A DNA stretch of 64,000 bases from assembly GCA_947039485.1 (NCBI GenBank), contig CAMQZC010000009.1, positions 10,974 through 74,973 of the forward strand. Direction: 5' to 3'. A model generated the notes under the pieces. That model was given only the letters and a program-made list of their open reading frames with translations, did no database searches and was not told where the DNA came from. Of the stretch, positions 1 through 9,589 are shown piece after piece (within the stretch, counting starts at the first letter, position 1; each line of letters starts with the position of its first letter). The DNA comes from an uncultured Verrucomicrobiales bacterium (GTDB taxonomy: Bacteria; Verrucomicrobiota; Verrucomicrobiia; Verrucomicrobiales; Akkermansiaceae). The position numbers and the translations under genes were made by a program.

Positions 1-387
1 CATAGGCATAGGTAAGCCGATGACACCTGTCGAACAGACGCCAATTTCTCGAGCCATAAGTCCGAGTTCCTCAGCAATCACCGAGCACTGCTTGCGAGCA
101 ACCTCGATACCTGACTCACCCGTGCAGGCGTTGGCATTGCCACTGTTGACAACCACTGCGCGATAGTCACCCTGCCTGAGATTCTCCTGCGAGACACGTA
201 CGCATGCCGCACGCACGCGATTCGTGGTAAATGTAGCAGATGAGCTGCATGGAATAGTGGAGTATAAAAGAGCTAAATCAAGGCGTGTCGCAGTGGGATT
301 TTTGATACCGCAGCTAATAGCATTAGCTACGAAACCCTTGGGCGCAGTCACGCCTCCAGATACTAAATTGTAGGGGCAATCGGTCAT
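1..387 (-). CDS. argJ: ArgJ (ornithine acetyltransferase / N-acetylglutamate synthase), N-terminal 129 codons; gene runs off the left edge
   Basis: Own translation of the minus strand from ATG (cat at 385-387): MTDCPYNLVSGGVTAPKGFVANAISCGIKNPTATRLDLALLYS...RAVVVNSGNANACTGESG...CSTGVIGLPMP. GGVTAPKGF, CGIK, NSGNANAxTG and STGVIG are ArgJ hallmarks. Absent from the ORF track because it is truncated by the window edge. Confidence 0.8.
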   Translation of the reverse strand, partial: MTDCPYNLVSGGVTAPKGFVANAISCGIKNPTATRLDLALLYSTIPCSSSATFTTNRVRAACVRVSQENLRQGDYRAVVVNSGNANACTGESGIEVARKQCSVIAEELGLMAREIGVCSTGVIGLPMPM

Positions 388-625
388 AGTCGTAAAACAG
401 AAGTCTATACAGATTACTCTAGCACAAAACAAGCCTCAGGCAAGGCTAAAGTCACAGAACCTACCCTTCTCAATCATCTCCTCAAGTCGAGCGAGACACT
501 TAGCTATCTTTCACCGCGTCTGGATCCGCATCAAGACGCACCCACACCCCGCAGCCCAAAGAAAAGATTGCTCCCCACACAGAGCTTGTGTTAGCATAAA
601 GAAATATCAGCACGACCCTAGCACC

Positions 626-2136
626 ATGCCCCCCCGCCCCATCTACAGCGCCCTCCTCTCCATCATCATCACCCCTCTGCTCAGCGCCGAGCAGGCAGAG
701 CGGCCCAATATATTGCTCATCGTCGCAGAAGACGCATCCCCTGACTTCGGATGCTACGGCAACACAAGCGTCACAAGTCCTCACATCGACAAACTCGCAG
801 CCGAGGGCATCCAATTCAACAATGCCTACTCAAGCTACTCCGTGAGCAGCCCCGCAAGAGGATCCCTACTAACAGGGCTCTACCCACACCAAAATGGACA
901 AATGGGACTAGCCACCCACAACTACCAAATGTTTCCCGGCATCAAAACTCTGCCCAAATACCTCAAGGAGCTGGGATACATCACAGGCAATATCGGTAAA
1001 ATCCACGTCAATAACGAGGCGGACATCCCCTTTGACTACTGGCAAATCCGCAGCTCTAACTTCGGCAAAAAAAACCTCTTTGATTACGCAAAAAAAGCAA
1101 CAGAGTTCATCAACACCGCTGATGGCGAGCCATTTTACCTCCAAGTTAACTTCCCCGATTCCCACTTCCCCGTCCAGCGACAAGTACAAGGCCGCCCTCA
1201 CAACATCGTTGAGCCTAGCTCCATCAAAGAGAGCCTCCCCTATGTAGGCATCCTCTCCCCTCGAATCAAGGAGAACATAGCCAACTACTACAACTGCATC
1301 AACCGCCTTGATGAGTCCGTTGGCATGCTCATACAAGCCCTCAAAGAAAGCGGACAATACCACAACACCTTCATATTCTTCATATCTGACCACGGTGCCC
1401 AATTTTCACGCGCCAAAGTCACAAACTACGAGGGTGGGCTCAAAATCCCCCTTCTCATCAAATACCCCGACAAGCAAATGGCAGGCAAGCAAAACGACAA
1501 GCTTGTCTCCATCATCGACTTACTCCCCAGCTTCATCGACATCGCTGGAGGGCAAGCCAGCAAGGAGCTAGCAGGTCGTAGCTTAATCTCCCAGCTTGAA
1601 GGATCCACCCCATGGCGCCGCGAGCTCTACGCAGGCGGACTGGGGAGCTACCCCTCCAACACCTACCCAAAGCGCAGCGTACGCGATGAACGATTCAAAC
1701 TCATCATCAACGAGTACGCCCCCCAAGCCAACCCTGCCTACCAATGCTATAGTAACGCCAAAGGCCACTACAGCGCAGGCTGCATCCCCCAAGAGATTCA
1801 ATCAGCACCCAAGCACATACGCGACGCCTACGCCCTCTGGTCAGCCCCCCCAAATACGAGCTCTACGACCTCATCAACGACCCCTACGAGTGGGTCAATC
1901 TCTCCTGCTCCCCCCAACACAGCGCCACACTCAAACGACTCCAAGCCAGCCTCAGGCAATGGCGCATAGAGACCGGTGACATGATTGTCTACCCAGAGAA
2001 GCTTGAGCAGCTGCGCCAAGAGATGAATCAACTCCTCAAGAATCAGATCAACTATCGCCACAAAAAATTCAAATATGACTACCTCGATTACCTCCGACCC
2101 AAGCCTCAAGCCGCCGCGCTAAACCATCAGCCATGA
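626..2136 (+). CDS. Secreted sulfatase (arylsulfatase A family, Ser-type active site). The frame is broken by a 1-nt frameshift in a C7 run at 1845-1851; track ORF 626..1969 is the upstream frame
   Basis: N-terminal signal-like segment (LLSIIITPLLSAEQA). PNILLIVAEDASPDFGCYG. Sulfatase signature SVSSPARGSLLTG, with Ser74 at the formylglycine position. The conserved C-terminal motif PKYELYDLINDPYEWVNL plus 80 more codons up to TGA 2134-2136 are only read in the -1 frame starting at 1849. One extra C would fuse the two frames. Confidence 0.85.
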
Positions 2137-2307
2137 TAAGCGCCAACACCTCAACTCTTGACAAGGTGAATTAACAACGCGCGCAAAGCCATCTTTGAGA
2201 GGCAGCGCGCTTTCACTTATTATTGATAAGACTCAATTTTGTCTTGTAAATATGCTCTTAGGGCGATAAAATGCCGCCTCTTACAACATCATATCTACAT
2301 TCAAATA

Positions 2308-2760
2308 ATGAAATGCCCCCAGCTTCAAAAGTTGCCGAGCAAGGCAAAAGTAGAAGAACTTATAAAATCATCGGGTGCTCGCGTCACGCGCCAGCGCAAA
2401 GCTGTCTTAGAGACAATCTACGCTGCCAACGACCACCCAACAGCTAGCCTCATCTATCAACGAGCAAAAAAACGCCGCGCAGGAATATCCTTAGCGACCG
2501 TCTATAACAGCCTTGAAAGTATGGTTGCGTCACGTCTTATCAACCAGCTCAATACCGAGAGTGGTCCCTCGCGCTACTGCATCAACATCACGCCGCATGC
2601 TCACCTACTGGATGAAAAGAGCAAGCTCGTCATCGATATCACTCTCAAAGAAGGCATCCGCCCCGAGGACGTCTTTGACCTCCCCGAGGGGGTCATCATC
2701 AGCCACATGGATACCTACCTCTACGGGGTAATTCCAGATGCAGCACACACAACAACATAA
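2308..2760 (+). CDS. Fur-family metalloregulator (Fur/PerR/Zur-like)
   Basis: Winged-helix part RVTRQRKAVLETIYAANDHPTASLIYQRAKKRRAGISLATVYNSLESMV is typical of the Fur family. It lies directly upstream of sufCBD. The track ORF starts at 2239; I prefer the ATG at 2308 (MKCPQLQ...), but the start is uncertain. Confidence 0.7.
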   Translation: MKCPQLQKLPSKAKVEELIKSSGARVTRQRKAVLETIYAANDHPTASLIYQRAKKRRAGISLATVYNSLESMVASRLINQLNTESGPSRYCINITPHAHLLDEKSKLVIDITLKEGIRPEDVFDLPEGVIISHMDTYLYGVIPDAAHTTT

Positions 2761-2763
2761 AGT

Positions 2764-3522
2764 ATGAGTCTCCTCATCAAGAATCTAAGCGCTCGCGTCA
2801 AAGATGGCGCAACCATCCTCAACAACCTCAGTCTTGAAATCCCCAAGGGCGAAGTACACGCCTTGATGGGACCTAACGGATCGGGCAAAAGCACCCTCTC
2901 TAAAGTCCTCTGCGGTCACCCCGACTACGAGGTCATCAGCGGGAGTGCTCATCTAGACGGGCAGGACATCTTTGCGATGGCCGTTGATGAGAGAAGCCGC
3001 GCAGGACTCTTCCTCGCTTTCCAATACCCTATTGAAATCCCCGGCGTCAGCATGGCCAACTTCATGCGTGCCGCCATGCAATCTCGCCTTCCAGAGGGTG
3101 AGGAGCTCGACGTCATCGGCTTTTATAAGCAGCTTCGCGGCTGCATGAAAGAGCTCAAAATCGACCCGAAATTCACCGCTCGCGCCGTCAATGAGGGCTT
3201 CTCAGGTGGTGAGAAAAAGCGCAATGACATCCTCCAGATGAAGATGATTGAGCCCAGCTATGCCATCCTAGATGAGACTGATAGCGGACTGGATGTCGAT
3301 GCACTACGCATCGTCTCAGAAGGTGTCAACGCCATGCGCGCGCCCTTCCGCAGCTTCCTCGTCATCACGCACTACAAGCGACTGCTCGACTACATCCGCC
3401 CCGATGTCGTCCATATCCTGAGCAAAGGTAGCATCGTACGCACAGGCGGCTACGAGCTTGTCAATCATATCGAGGAGCACGGCTTTGACTTCCTTGAGGA
3501 TATTGATAGCAGCGAGGCCTAA
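2764..3522 (+). CDS. sufC: Fe-S cluster assembly ATPase SufC
   Basis: Walker [13 protein letters not shown] signature FSGGEKKR, Walker [12 protein letters not shown]-loop ITHY. Followed by sufB and sufD. Confidence 0.93.
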   Translation: MSLLIKNLSARVKDGATILNNLSLEIPKGEVHALMGPNGSGKSTLSKVLCGHPDYEVISGSAHLDGQDIFAMAVDERSRAGLFLAFQYPIEIPGVSMANFMRAAMQSRLPEGEELDVIGFYKQLRGCMKELKIDPKFTARAVNEGFSGGEKKRNDILQMKMIEPSYAILDETDSGLDVDALRIVSEGVNAMRAPFRSFLVITHYKRLLDYIRPDVVHILSKGSIVRTGGYELVNHIEEHGFDFLEDIDSSEA

Positions 3523-3546
3523 CCATAGCACCAACCAGTCAAGAGC

Positions 3547-4953
3547 ATGACGCGCGACGAGGCCACTTTCACCATTGATTCACGAGGAGAGTTCTCCTTC
3601 CCCGAGAATCACAAATACGATGCAGGCTATGGACTCACCGAGTCCACCATCGACTACATCAGCGATGCCAAGGGTGAGCCCGACTGGCTGCGCCAGTTCC
3701 GCAAGGACGCGCTACGCAAGTTCAACGAGATGCCCATGCCCGAGCACTGGGCACCAGAGAGTCTCAAGAATCTCGACTTTGATAAAATCCGCTACTACCT
3801 CGCCCACGGCAATGCCCCCACACGCAACTGGGAAGATGTCCCCGACGAGGTCAAGCGTACCTTTGAGCGCCTTGGCGTCCCAGAACAAGAGCGCGCCTTT
3901 CTCGCAGGTGTCGATGCCCAGTACGACTCAGAGACCGCCTACAGCAACATGCAGGAGGAGCTCACCAAGCAAGGCGTCATCTTTGTCAATGCCAACGAAG
4001 GACTCATGCAACATGAGGAAATCTTTCGCCCATGGTTTGGCAAGGTCATCCCCGTAGGCGACAACAAATTCTCCGCGCTCAACCACGCAGCCTTCTCGGG
4101 AGGCTCCTTCATCTACATCCCCAAAGGCGTTAAACTCAAGCAACCCTTGCAGGCCTACTTCCGCATCAACTCCGAGAGCATGGGACAATTTGAGCGCACC
4201 CTCATCATCGCAGATGAAGGCTCAGAGCTCATGTACATGGAGGGCTGCACCGCCCCCAAATTTGACACAGCCACCCTGCACTCTGGCGTCGTGGAACTCG
4301 TCGCCCTCAAGGGAGCAAAAATCCAGTACGTCACCGTCCAAAACTGGGCAACCAACGTCTACAACCTCGTCATCCAGCGAGGCCTCGCCATGGAAGATGC
4401 AGAAATCCGCTGGATTGACTGCAACATCGGCGCAGCCCTCACCATGAAGTACCCAGCCGTCGTCCTCCAAGGTCGCGGCGCACGCGGTGAGGTGCTTAGC
4501 ATCTCCATCGCCCATGAAGGACAGCATCAGGACACAGGCGCGCGCATGATCCATGCCGCCCCTGACACCAGCTCCAACATCATCGCCAAGTCCATCTCCA
4601 TTGGCCAGGGACGCGGCAGCTACCGCGGTGAAGTCATCATCGGCAAAAACGCCACAGGCTGCAAGAACAACACCGAGTGCGACGCCCTGCTCATCAATGC
4701 CGAGAGCCGCACCGACACCTACCCCGCCATCAACATCAAGGGCAACAGCAGCAGCGTCCAGCACGAGGCATCAGTCTCCCAAGTTGATGAAGAAATGCTC
4801 TTCTACATGCAGCAGCGCGGCCTCACACGTGCACAGGCCATGAGCCTCGCCGTCAATGGATTTGTCAATGAACTCATCAACGAGTTCCCCATGGAATACT
4901 CCGTCGAGCTACGCCGCCTCATCGACCTTGAGATGGAGGACTCCATTGGCTAA
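3547..4953 (+). CDS. sufB: Fe-S cluster assembly scaffold SufB
   Basis: 468 aa. Long SufB/D-family beta-helix region ([18 protein letters not shown]...VQNW...RWIDCNIG...[20 protein letters not shown]) and position between sufC and sufD. Confidence 0.93.
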   Translation: MTRDEATFTIDSRGEFSFPENHKYDAGYGLTESTIDYISDAKGEPDWLRQFRKDALRKFNEMPMPEHWAPESLKNLDFDKIRYYLAHGNAPTRNWEDVPDEVKRTFERLGVPEQERAFLAGVDAQYDSETAYSNMQEELTKQGVIFVNANEGLMQHEEIFRPWFGKVIPVGDNKFSALNHAAFSGGSFIYIPKGVKLKQPLQAYFRINSESMGQFERTLIIADEGSELMYMEGCTAPKFDTATLHSGVVELVALKGAKIQYVTVQNWATNVYNLVIQRGLAMEDAEIRWIDCNIGAALTMKYPAVVLQGRGARGEVLSISIAHEGQHQDTGARMIHAAPDTSSNIIAKSISIGQGRGSYRGEVIIGKNATGCKNNTECDALLINAESRTDTYPAINIKGNSSSVQHEASVSQVDEEMLFYMQQRGLTRAQAMSLAVNGFVNELINEFPMEYSVELRRLIDLEMEDSIG

Positions 4954-4980
4954 GCCCCCCCCTCTTCCCCCCCTGATACT

Positions 4981-6045
4981 ATGGCATCACCCCTCCGATA
5001 CCTCGACCTCCAGCAGAGCCGCAGCGAGCTACCCAACCGCCTCAATGAACTCTGGCGCAACGGTCGCCCCCATATCTATGCAACATCCGTTGCGGAGGCC
5101 CTCAGCAGCCGCGCCTCTCAGGGCAGCATCAGCAGCGACGCCCCCAGCCATTGCATCAAAGCAATCAGCGACGCGCCCAGCCCACGCGGCATCATGAGCG
5201 CAGGCAGCCACGCCCTCGTCGAGCTGCATCACGCACAATTTGAAGCAGCCCCCTGCGGCATCCACCTCAATATCGCCGAGCAAATCGAGCAAGCCATCAA
5301 CATCCGCTACCAGAGCGATAGCCTGCTGTGCCCCTACAGCTATATCGAGCTACAAGAAGGCGCACGCGCCCACATCATCGAGGAGCACGTCAGCCTCGGC
5401 GACGCGCTCATCTTTTCCCTGCGCCGCATCAAGCTCGCACAAGGTGCTAGCCTGCGCCTTGAACTGCGTGAGATTGGTAGTGGCAAATCCCATGCCTTCA
5501 ACATCAGTGAAATAAGCGTCACAAGCGCCAACTTCCGCCAAATCAGCAGCCACAGCAACCACGCATGGGCTCGTGAGGAGAGCATCTGCAACATCAGCAA
5601 CGCCCCCGAGAGCGAGATTGAAAGCAGCGCCATGCTCCTCTCCGCCAACCGCCTCGAAGGCAAGCAAATCCTCGACCAGCGCAGCGACCAGAACCAACTC
5701 AGCCCCAACACAAGCAGCCGAGTATTCTACAAAAACGTCATTGACGACAAAGCCCGCGCCATCTTTGATGGCAACATCTACGTCGCCAAGGACGCGCACT
5801 ACAGCGATGCGCAGCAGACAAACCGCAACATGATGCTCAGCGAGACCGCCAGCATCTACTCCCTACCCGGCCTAGAAATCCTCGCGGACAAAGTCCAGTG
5901 CTCCCACGGCTCAGCCAGTGGCCCCATGGATGCCGAGGAGCTCTTCTACCTCTGCTCACGCGGCATCAGCCGCTACGACGCGCAAAAACTCGTCGCAGAG
6001 GGATTCTTGCAAGAATCCTACGACCGCTTCAGCCGCGAAAGCTAA
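4981..6045 (+). CDS. sufD: Fe-S cluster assembly protein SufD
   Basis: 354 aa. C-terminal SufB/D motif block FDGNIYVAKDAHYSDAQQTNRNMMLSE...LEILADKVQCSHGSASGPMDAEELFYLCSRGI, immediately after sufB. Confidence 0.88.
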   Translation: MASPLRYLDLQQSRSELPNRLNELWRNGRPHIYATSVAEALSSRASQGSISSDAPSHCIKAISDAPSPRGIMSAGSHALVELHHAQFEAAPCGIHLNIAEQIEQAINIRYQSDSLLCPYSYIELQEGARAHIIEEHVSLGDALIFSLRRIKLAQGASLRLELREIGSGKSHAFNISEISVTSANFRQISSHSNHAWAREESICNISNAPESEIESSAMLLSANRLEGKQILDQRSDQNQLSPNTSSRVFYKNVIDDKARAIFDGNIYVAKDAHYSDAQQTNRNMMLSETASIYSLPGLEILADKVQCSHGSASGPMDAEELFYLCSRGISRYDAQKLVAEGFLQESYDRFSRES

Positions 6046-6354
6046 GCACCAGCTAAGGGACTAATCCCCATCCAGCGTGTCAACATTAAAGCGACGCGCT
6101 GACGCAGCATCTGCAGCTTGCCACCCGGTGAGACTGCCACCCACGCAAGCTCACACGCAATAATGAGCAGAGTGAACTAGGCTTGCCTCATCAGCACAGC
6201 CGACATCCCCCCCCACCAGCATATGGGGCAGATACATGCCGATCAAACAGCAGCTCCCCATTGTAGAAAATCTCCTTGACCTCAGCGCTATATCTGATAT
6301 ACTGCCAAAAACTCTAGCCACATTATCTGGCAACACACACATACCTATAAACCC

Positions 6355-7800
6355 ATGCAAAAAGTCAAGTTCTACTCCGGCAAAGAAATCCCCCTCGAAC
6401 TCCATAAAGTTCGAGTTGTCCAAAAACTCCATCTTCGCCCCATCGAGCGCCGCCTAGACGCCCTCAAGGAAGCAGGTTTCAACACCTTCCGACTCAGCAC
6501 GCTTGACGTCTTCCTCGACATGCTCACCGACTCAGGCACCAACGCCATGAGCGACAACCAAGTAGCCGCCATGTTCCAAGCGGACGATGCCTATGCAGGC
6601 TCCCAGTCCTTCATCAAACTCCAAGCAGCAGTCGAAGACGTACTGGGCAAGAAATACCTCCTGCCCGTCCACCAAGGACGTGCCGCAGAGAACATCATCG
6701 GGCGCACCTACATCAAAAAAGGCTCCGTGGTACCCATGAACTACCACTTCACCACCACCCTCGCCCACATCCTCGAGAATGGCGGCAGCATCGTTGAGCT
6801 ACTCTACCCCGATGCACTCAAACTCCAGTCCGACAACCCATTCAAGGGCAACATCAACATCGAAAAACTCGAAGAATGCCTCATCGAGCACGGTGAGAAC
6901 GTCCCCTTCATCCGCATGGAAGCATCCACCAACCTCATCGGTGGACAACCCTTCTCCATGAAGAACCTCATGGACGTACGCGTCATTGCCGACAAGTACA
7001 ACAAAATGCTAGTCCTTGACGCCTCCCTCATCGGAGAAAACGCCTACCTCATCAAGCAGCGCGAAGAACAGTGGAAGGAAAACAGCATGGGAGACATCCT
7101 CAAGGCCATGACAGGACTTGCCGATCTCGTCTACTTCTCCGCCCGCAAGCTCAGCTCCTCCCGCGGTGGTGGCATCTGCACCAACCAAAAGAGCATCTAC
7201 AACAAGATGGAAGCCCTCATCCCCCTCTACGAAGGCTTCCTCACCTATGGCGGCATCTCCGTACGAGAAATCGAAGCCATGGCCGTCGGCCTGCGCGAGA
7301 CCCTCGATGAGAGCATGATTAGCCAGAGCCCCAACTTCATCAAACACTTTGTTGACAGGCTCGACAACCTCGGCATCCCCGTCGTCACACCAGCAGGCGT
7401 ACTCGGCTGCCATGTCGATGCCATGCAATTCTGCGACCACATCCCACAAAACGAATACCCAGCAGGAGCACTTGCTGCCGCCTTTTACCTCATCTCAGGT
7501 GTACGCGGTATGGAGCGCGGCACCGTATCGAGCGTGCGTGATGAGAACGGCGTTGAGCTCATGGCCGATGTCGAACTCGTACGCCTCGCCATCCCTCGCC
7601 GAGTCTTCACCCTCTCACAAATTGAGTACGCTATCGACCGCCTCACCTGGCTCTACGAGAATCGCAATCTCATCGGTGGTCTTCGCTTCACCTACGAGCC
7701 CCCAGTACTGCGCTTCTTCATGGGTGGACTTGAGCCAACCAGCGACTGGCCATCCAAGCTTCTCTACAAGTTCCGTCAGGACTTTGGCGATAGCCTCTAA
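6355..7800 (+). CDS. tnaA: Tryptophanase / tyrosine phenol-lyase family beta-eliminating lyase (PLP enzyme)
   Basis: 481 aa. DVFLDMLTDSGTNAMSDNQVAAMFQADDAYAGSQSF and HQGRAAENI match the TnaA/TPL N-terminal blocks. PLP-lysine context YFSARKLSSSRGGGI. Confidence 0.85.
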   Translation: MQKVKFYSGKEIPLELHKVRVVQKLHLRPIERRLDALKEAGFNTFRLSTLDVFLDMLTDSGTNAMSDNQVAAMFQADDAYAGSQSFIKLQAAVEDVLGKKYLLPVHQGRAAENIIGRTYIKKGSVVPMNYHFTTTLAHILENGGSIVELLYPDALKLQSDNPFKGNINIEKLEECLIEHGENVPFIRMEASTNLIGGQPFSMKNLMDVRVIADKYNKMLVLDASLIGENAYLIKQREEQWKENSMGDILKAMTGLADLVYFSARKLSSSRGGGICTNQKSIYNKMEALIPLYEGFLTYGGISVREIEAMAVGLRETLDESMISQSPNFIKHFVDRLDNLGIPVVTPAGVLGCHVDAMQFCDHIPQNEYPAGALAAAFYLISGVRGMERGTVSSVRDENGVELMADVELVRLAIPRRVFTLSQIEYAIDRLTWLYENRNLIGGLRFTYEPPVLRFFMGGLEPTSDWPSKLLYKFRQDFGDSL

Positions 7801-7824
7801 AGAGAGATTATCAGAACAATCATC

Positions 7825-7863
7825 AGCAGCAGCAAGCCATCGTGCTTGCTGCTGCTTTGTTTA
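7825..7863 (+). terminator. Rho-independent terminator after tnaA
   Basis: Perfect 13-bp stem agcagcagcaagc (7825-7837) / gcttgctgctgct (7844-7856), 6-nt loop, then ttgttta. Starts 25 nt after the tnaA stop. Confidence 0.75.
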
Positions 7864-8056
7864 TAGCCACATCCTTGCCCCTCTGGTACAGGAACGGCCC
7901 ACAATCACATTGCAAGCATGCAAAAAATCCGCCATCGAGAATCAAACAAGGCAAGCTCCATGAGCTCAATAGAGCACAAAGCCACCACAACGCGCATCAA
8001 GAGCGCGCCATCAAGCTAGAGCAACCGCAAGAGCACCGTAGCAACACAGCTGCAAA

Positions 8057-8545
8057 TCAGCCGTGCATAATACGCACAGAGCGCACCGACTTCTCGCCAA
8101 ATCGCTTGTTGAGCCTCATCACAATATCGCGCTTGAGACGCGTCAGCTCAAATCGCACCGCTGGATGAGCAGTACGTAGCACAGCCACCCCCTTTGTGAG
8201 AGACACCAGCTGTGCCTGCGTCGCAAGATAATCACCCATCGCCTCACGCCAAGCATCATTCAAAATCTCAGGAGCAATACTCTCCACCGTAAAAGCCAGA
8301 TTAGAGCTAATCTCACTGAGCAGCGACTCCATGCTACGCATGTTCGCCATCGTCGATAACTCAGGAGGCATGCCAAAGAAATCAGACAGCGCCTGATCAA
8401 CCTCCCCACGCGACCGGCTCTTAATGCGCACCGCACGCGTCGCGCCACCCTTCATTATCTGCTTATAAAACAGAGGCTTCTCCTTTTTCGTAGCGGGGAG
8501 AGGTGGCTGGGCTGGAGCTGGTAGCTTCTTCTTAGGCTCAAACAT
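8057..8545 (-). CDS. DUF721 / DciA-like protein
   Basis: 162 aa. C-terminal block GVAVLRTAHPAVRFELTRLKRDIVMRLNKRFGEKSVRSVRI resembles the DUF721 (DciA) domain. The N-terminus is low complexity. Confidence 0.55.
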   Translation of the reverse strand: MFEPKKKLPAPAQPPLPATKKEKPLFYKQIMKGGATRAVRIKSRSRGEVDQALSDFFGMPPELSTMANMRSMESLLSEISSNLAFTVESIAPEILNDAWREAMGDYLATQAQLVSLTKGVAVLRTAHPAVRFELTRLKRDIVMRLNKRFGEKSVRSVRIMHG

Positions 8546-8627
8546 AAAAGGGGAGGTGAGTTATAGAAAATCCCGAGCAACAACACGAAGTTATTGCTCG
8601 GGAGAATGTTATTTACGAATAAGAAAC

Positions 8628-8861
8628 TTATTCGCCGTCGTCACCGATGGACTGCACAGGGCAACCGTCCAGCGCTTCGGTCACAAGCTCAACTTCCTCA
8701 GGGGATGTTGGTTGCTTGCAGATGAAGGAAAGACCCTCCTCGTCGTCGCGTCCGAAGAAATCGGGTGCAGACTCACGGCACAAATCACAATCAATGCAGC
8801 TGCTATCTACATAGAAAGGACCTGGTACGTTTTTTTCGTTTTTTTCGTCAATATCGGCCAT
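8628..8861 (-). CDS. Small ferredoxin (single Fe-S cluster type)
   Basis: From M43 of the track ORF: MADIDEKNEKNVPGPFYVDSSCIDCDLCRESAPDFF...LDGCPVQSI. The CxxCxxC...CP cysteine pattern is typical of 7-8 kDa ferredoxins. The upstream 42 codons of the track ORF look non-coding. Confidence 0.8.
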   Translation of the reverse strand: MADIDEKNEKNVPGPFYVDSSCIDCDLCRESAPDFFGRDDEEGLSFICKQPTSPEEVELVTEALDGCPVQSIGDDGE

Positions 8862-8965
8862 AATGGTATATGGGCTTTGTGGGCCCAAGCTATTTTTTGC
8901 TGATTTGGTAAAAATTGCAACCCTTTTTTGTTGCAAGACGAGCTTTTTTAGTCGAAAATGGTCAT

Positions 8966-9583
8966 ATGCCACCAATCCAGAGCCCAAAGAGCGATTTTCT
9001 CAAGCAAAAGCGAGAACGCAAACTCAATATCATCGCTCTGAGCAGCCTTGTGATCATCCTACTGGGCGGTCTTGTTTTTAGCATCGTCCGCTTCAAGCAA
9101 AACATCAGCACCTCACACTGGAGAGAGACCGGCAGCAAGCTCCCACTCGTAGGCGCAGGCGTCCAGATTGATAAGATTGACGCCTACTGGGTATCCTCCA
9201 AGGGAGACGCCCGTATGGAACTCCGTGCCGCCACCTACCCCTGTGCAGAAATCACCCTCGCCCCAACCCAAGGAAATGGAGCACTACACATCAAATTCAA
9301 CGACAGCAGCAATAAGCAAGCATCCAGCCCCATCGTCCTCTACTACCGCAATGGTGAATTTGTCGAGCGCTTCGACACCAACATCCAAACCGAGGGCAAC
9401 AAAGCGCGAGTCAACAGCGAGAAAGGCTATCAGAGTCAAGACGAATACATGCTCCACAGCATCGCTGAGAATGATCCCCTCTGGACAATGAGCATCATCA
9501 ACCGTAGTGAGACCACCCAGCAATACGAGCAACTCGGCTTTAGCTGCATCAATACAAAACTCAAGTCCAAGGACAACAACTAA
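8966..9583 (+). CDS. Hypothetical membrane-anchored protein
   Basis: ORF with a single N-terminal TM helix (IIALSSLVIILLGGLVFSIV) followed by a soluble domain. No motif recognised. Start ambiguous (8915 or 8966). Confidence 0.5.
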   Translation: MPPIQSPKSDFLKQKRERKLNIIALSSLVIILLGGLVFSIVRFKQNISTSHWRETGSKLPLVGAGVQIDKIDAYWVSSKGDARMELRAATYPCAEITLAPTQGNGALHIKFNDSSNKQASSPIVLYYRNGEFVERFDTNIQTEGNKARVNSEKGYQSQDEYMLHSIAENDPLWTMSIINRSETTQQYEQLGFSCINTKLKSKDNN

Positions 9584-9589
9584 AAACCC

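Noticed and set aside
1596-1979. 127-aa Pro/Thr/Ser-rich ORF in an alternative frame of the sulfatase gene.
   Set aside because: It is neither the upstream sulfatase frame nor the downstream frame that carries the ELYDL motif. The translation is low complexity.
2205-2245. Fur-box-like AT-rich stretch (cttattattgataagactcaattttg) upstream of the Fur-like gene.
   Set aside because: It contains TGATAA but does not form the 7-1-7 or 19-bp palindrome of known Fur boxes. This is too weak to call.
4222-4764. 180-aa minus-strand ORF inside sufB. ORFs of the same kind include 908..1402, 5350..5799, 7009..7449, 10334..10996 and 11678..12079.
   Set aside because: These are antisense shadows of well-supported genes. 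They give Gly/Ala/Val/Asp-rich low-information translations with no motifs and overlap conserved CDSs completely.
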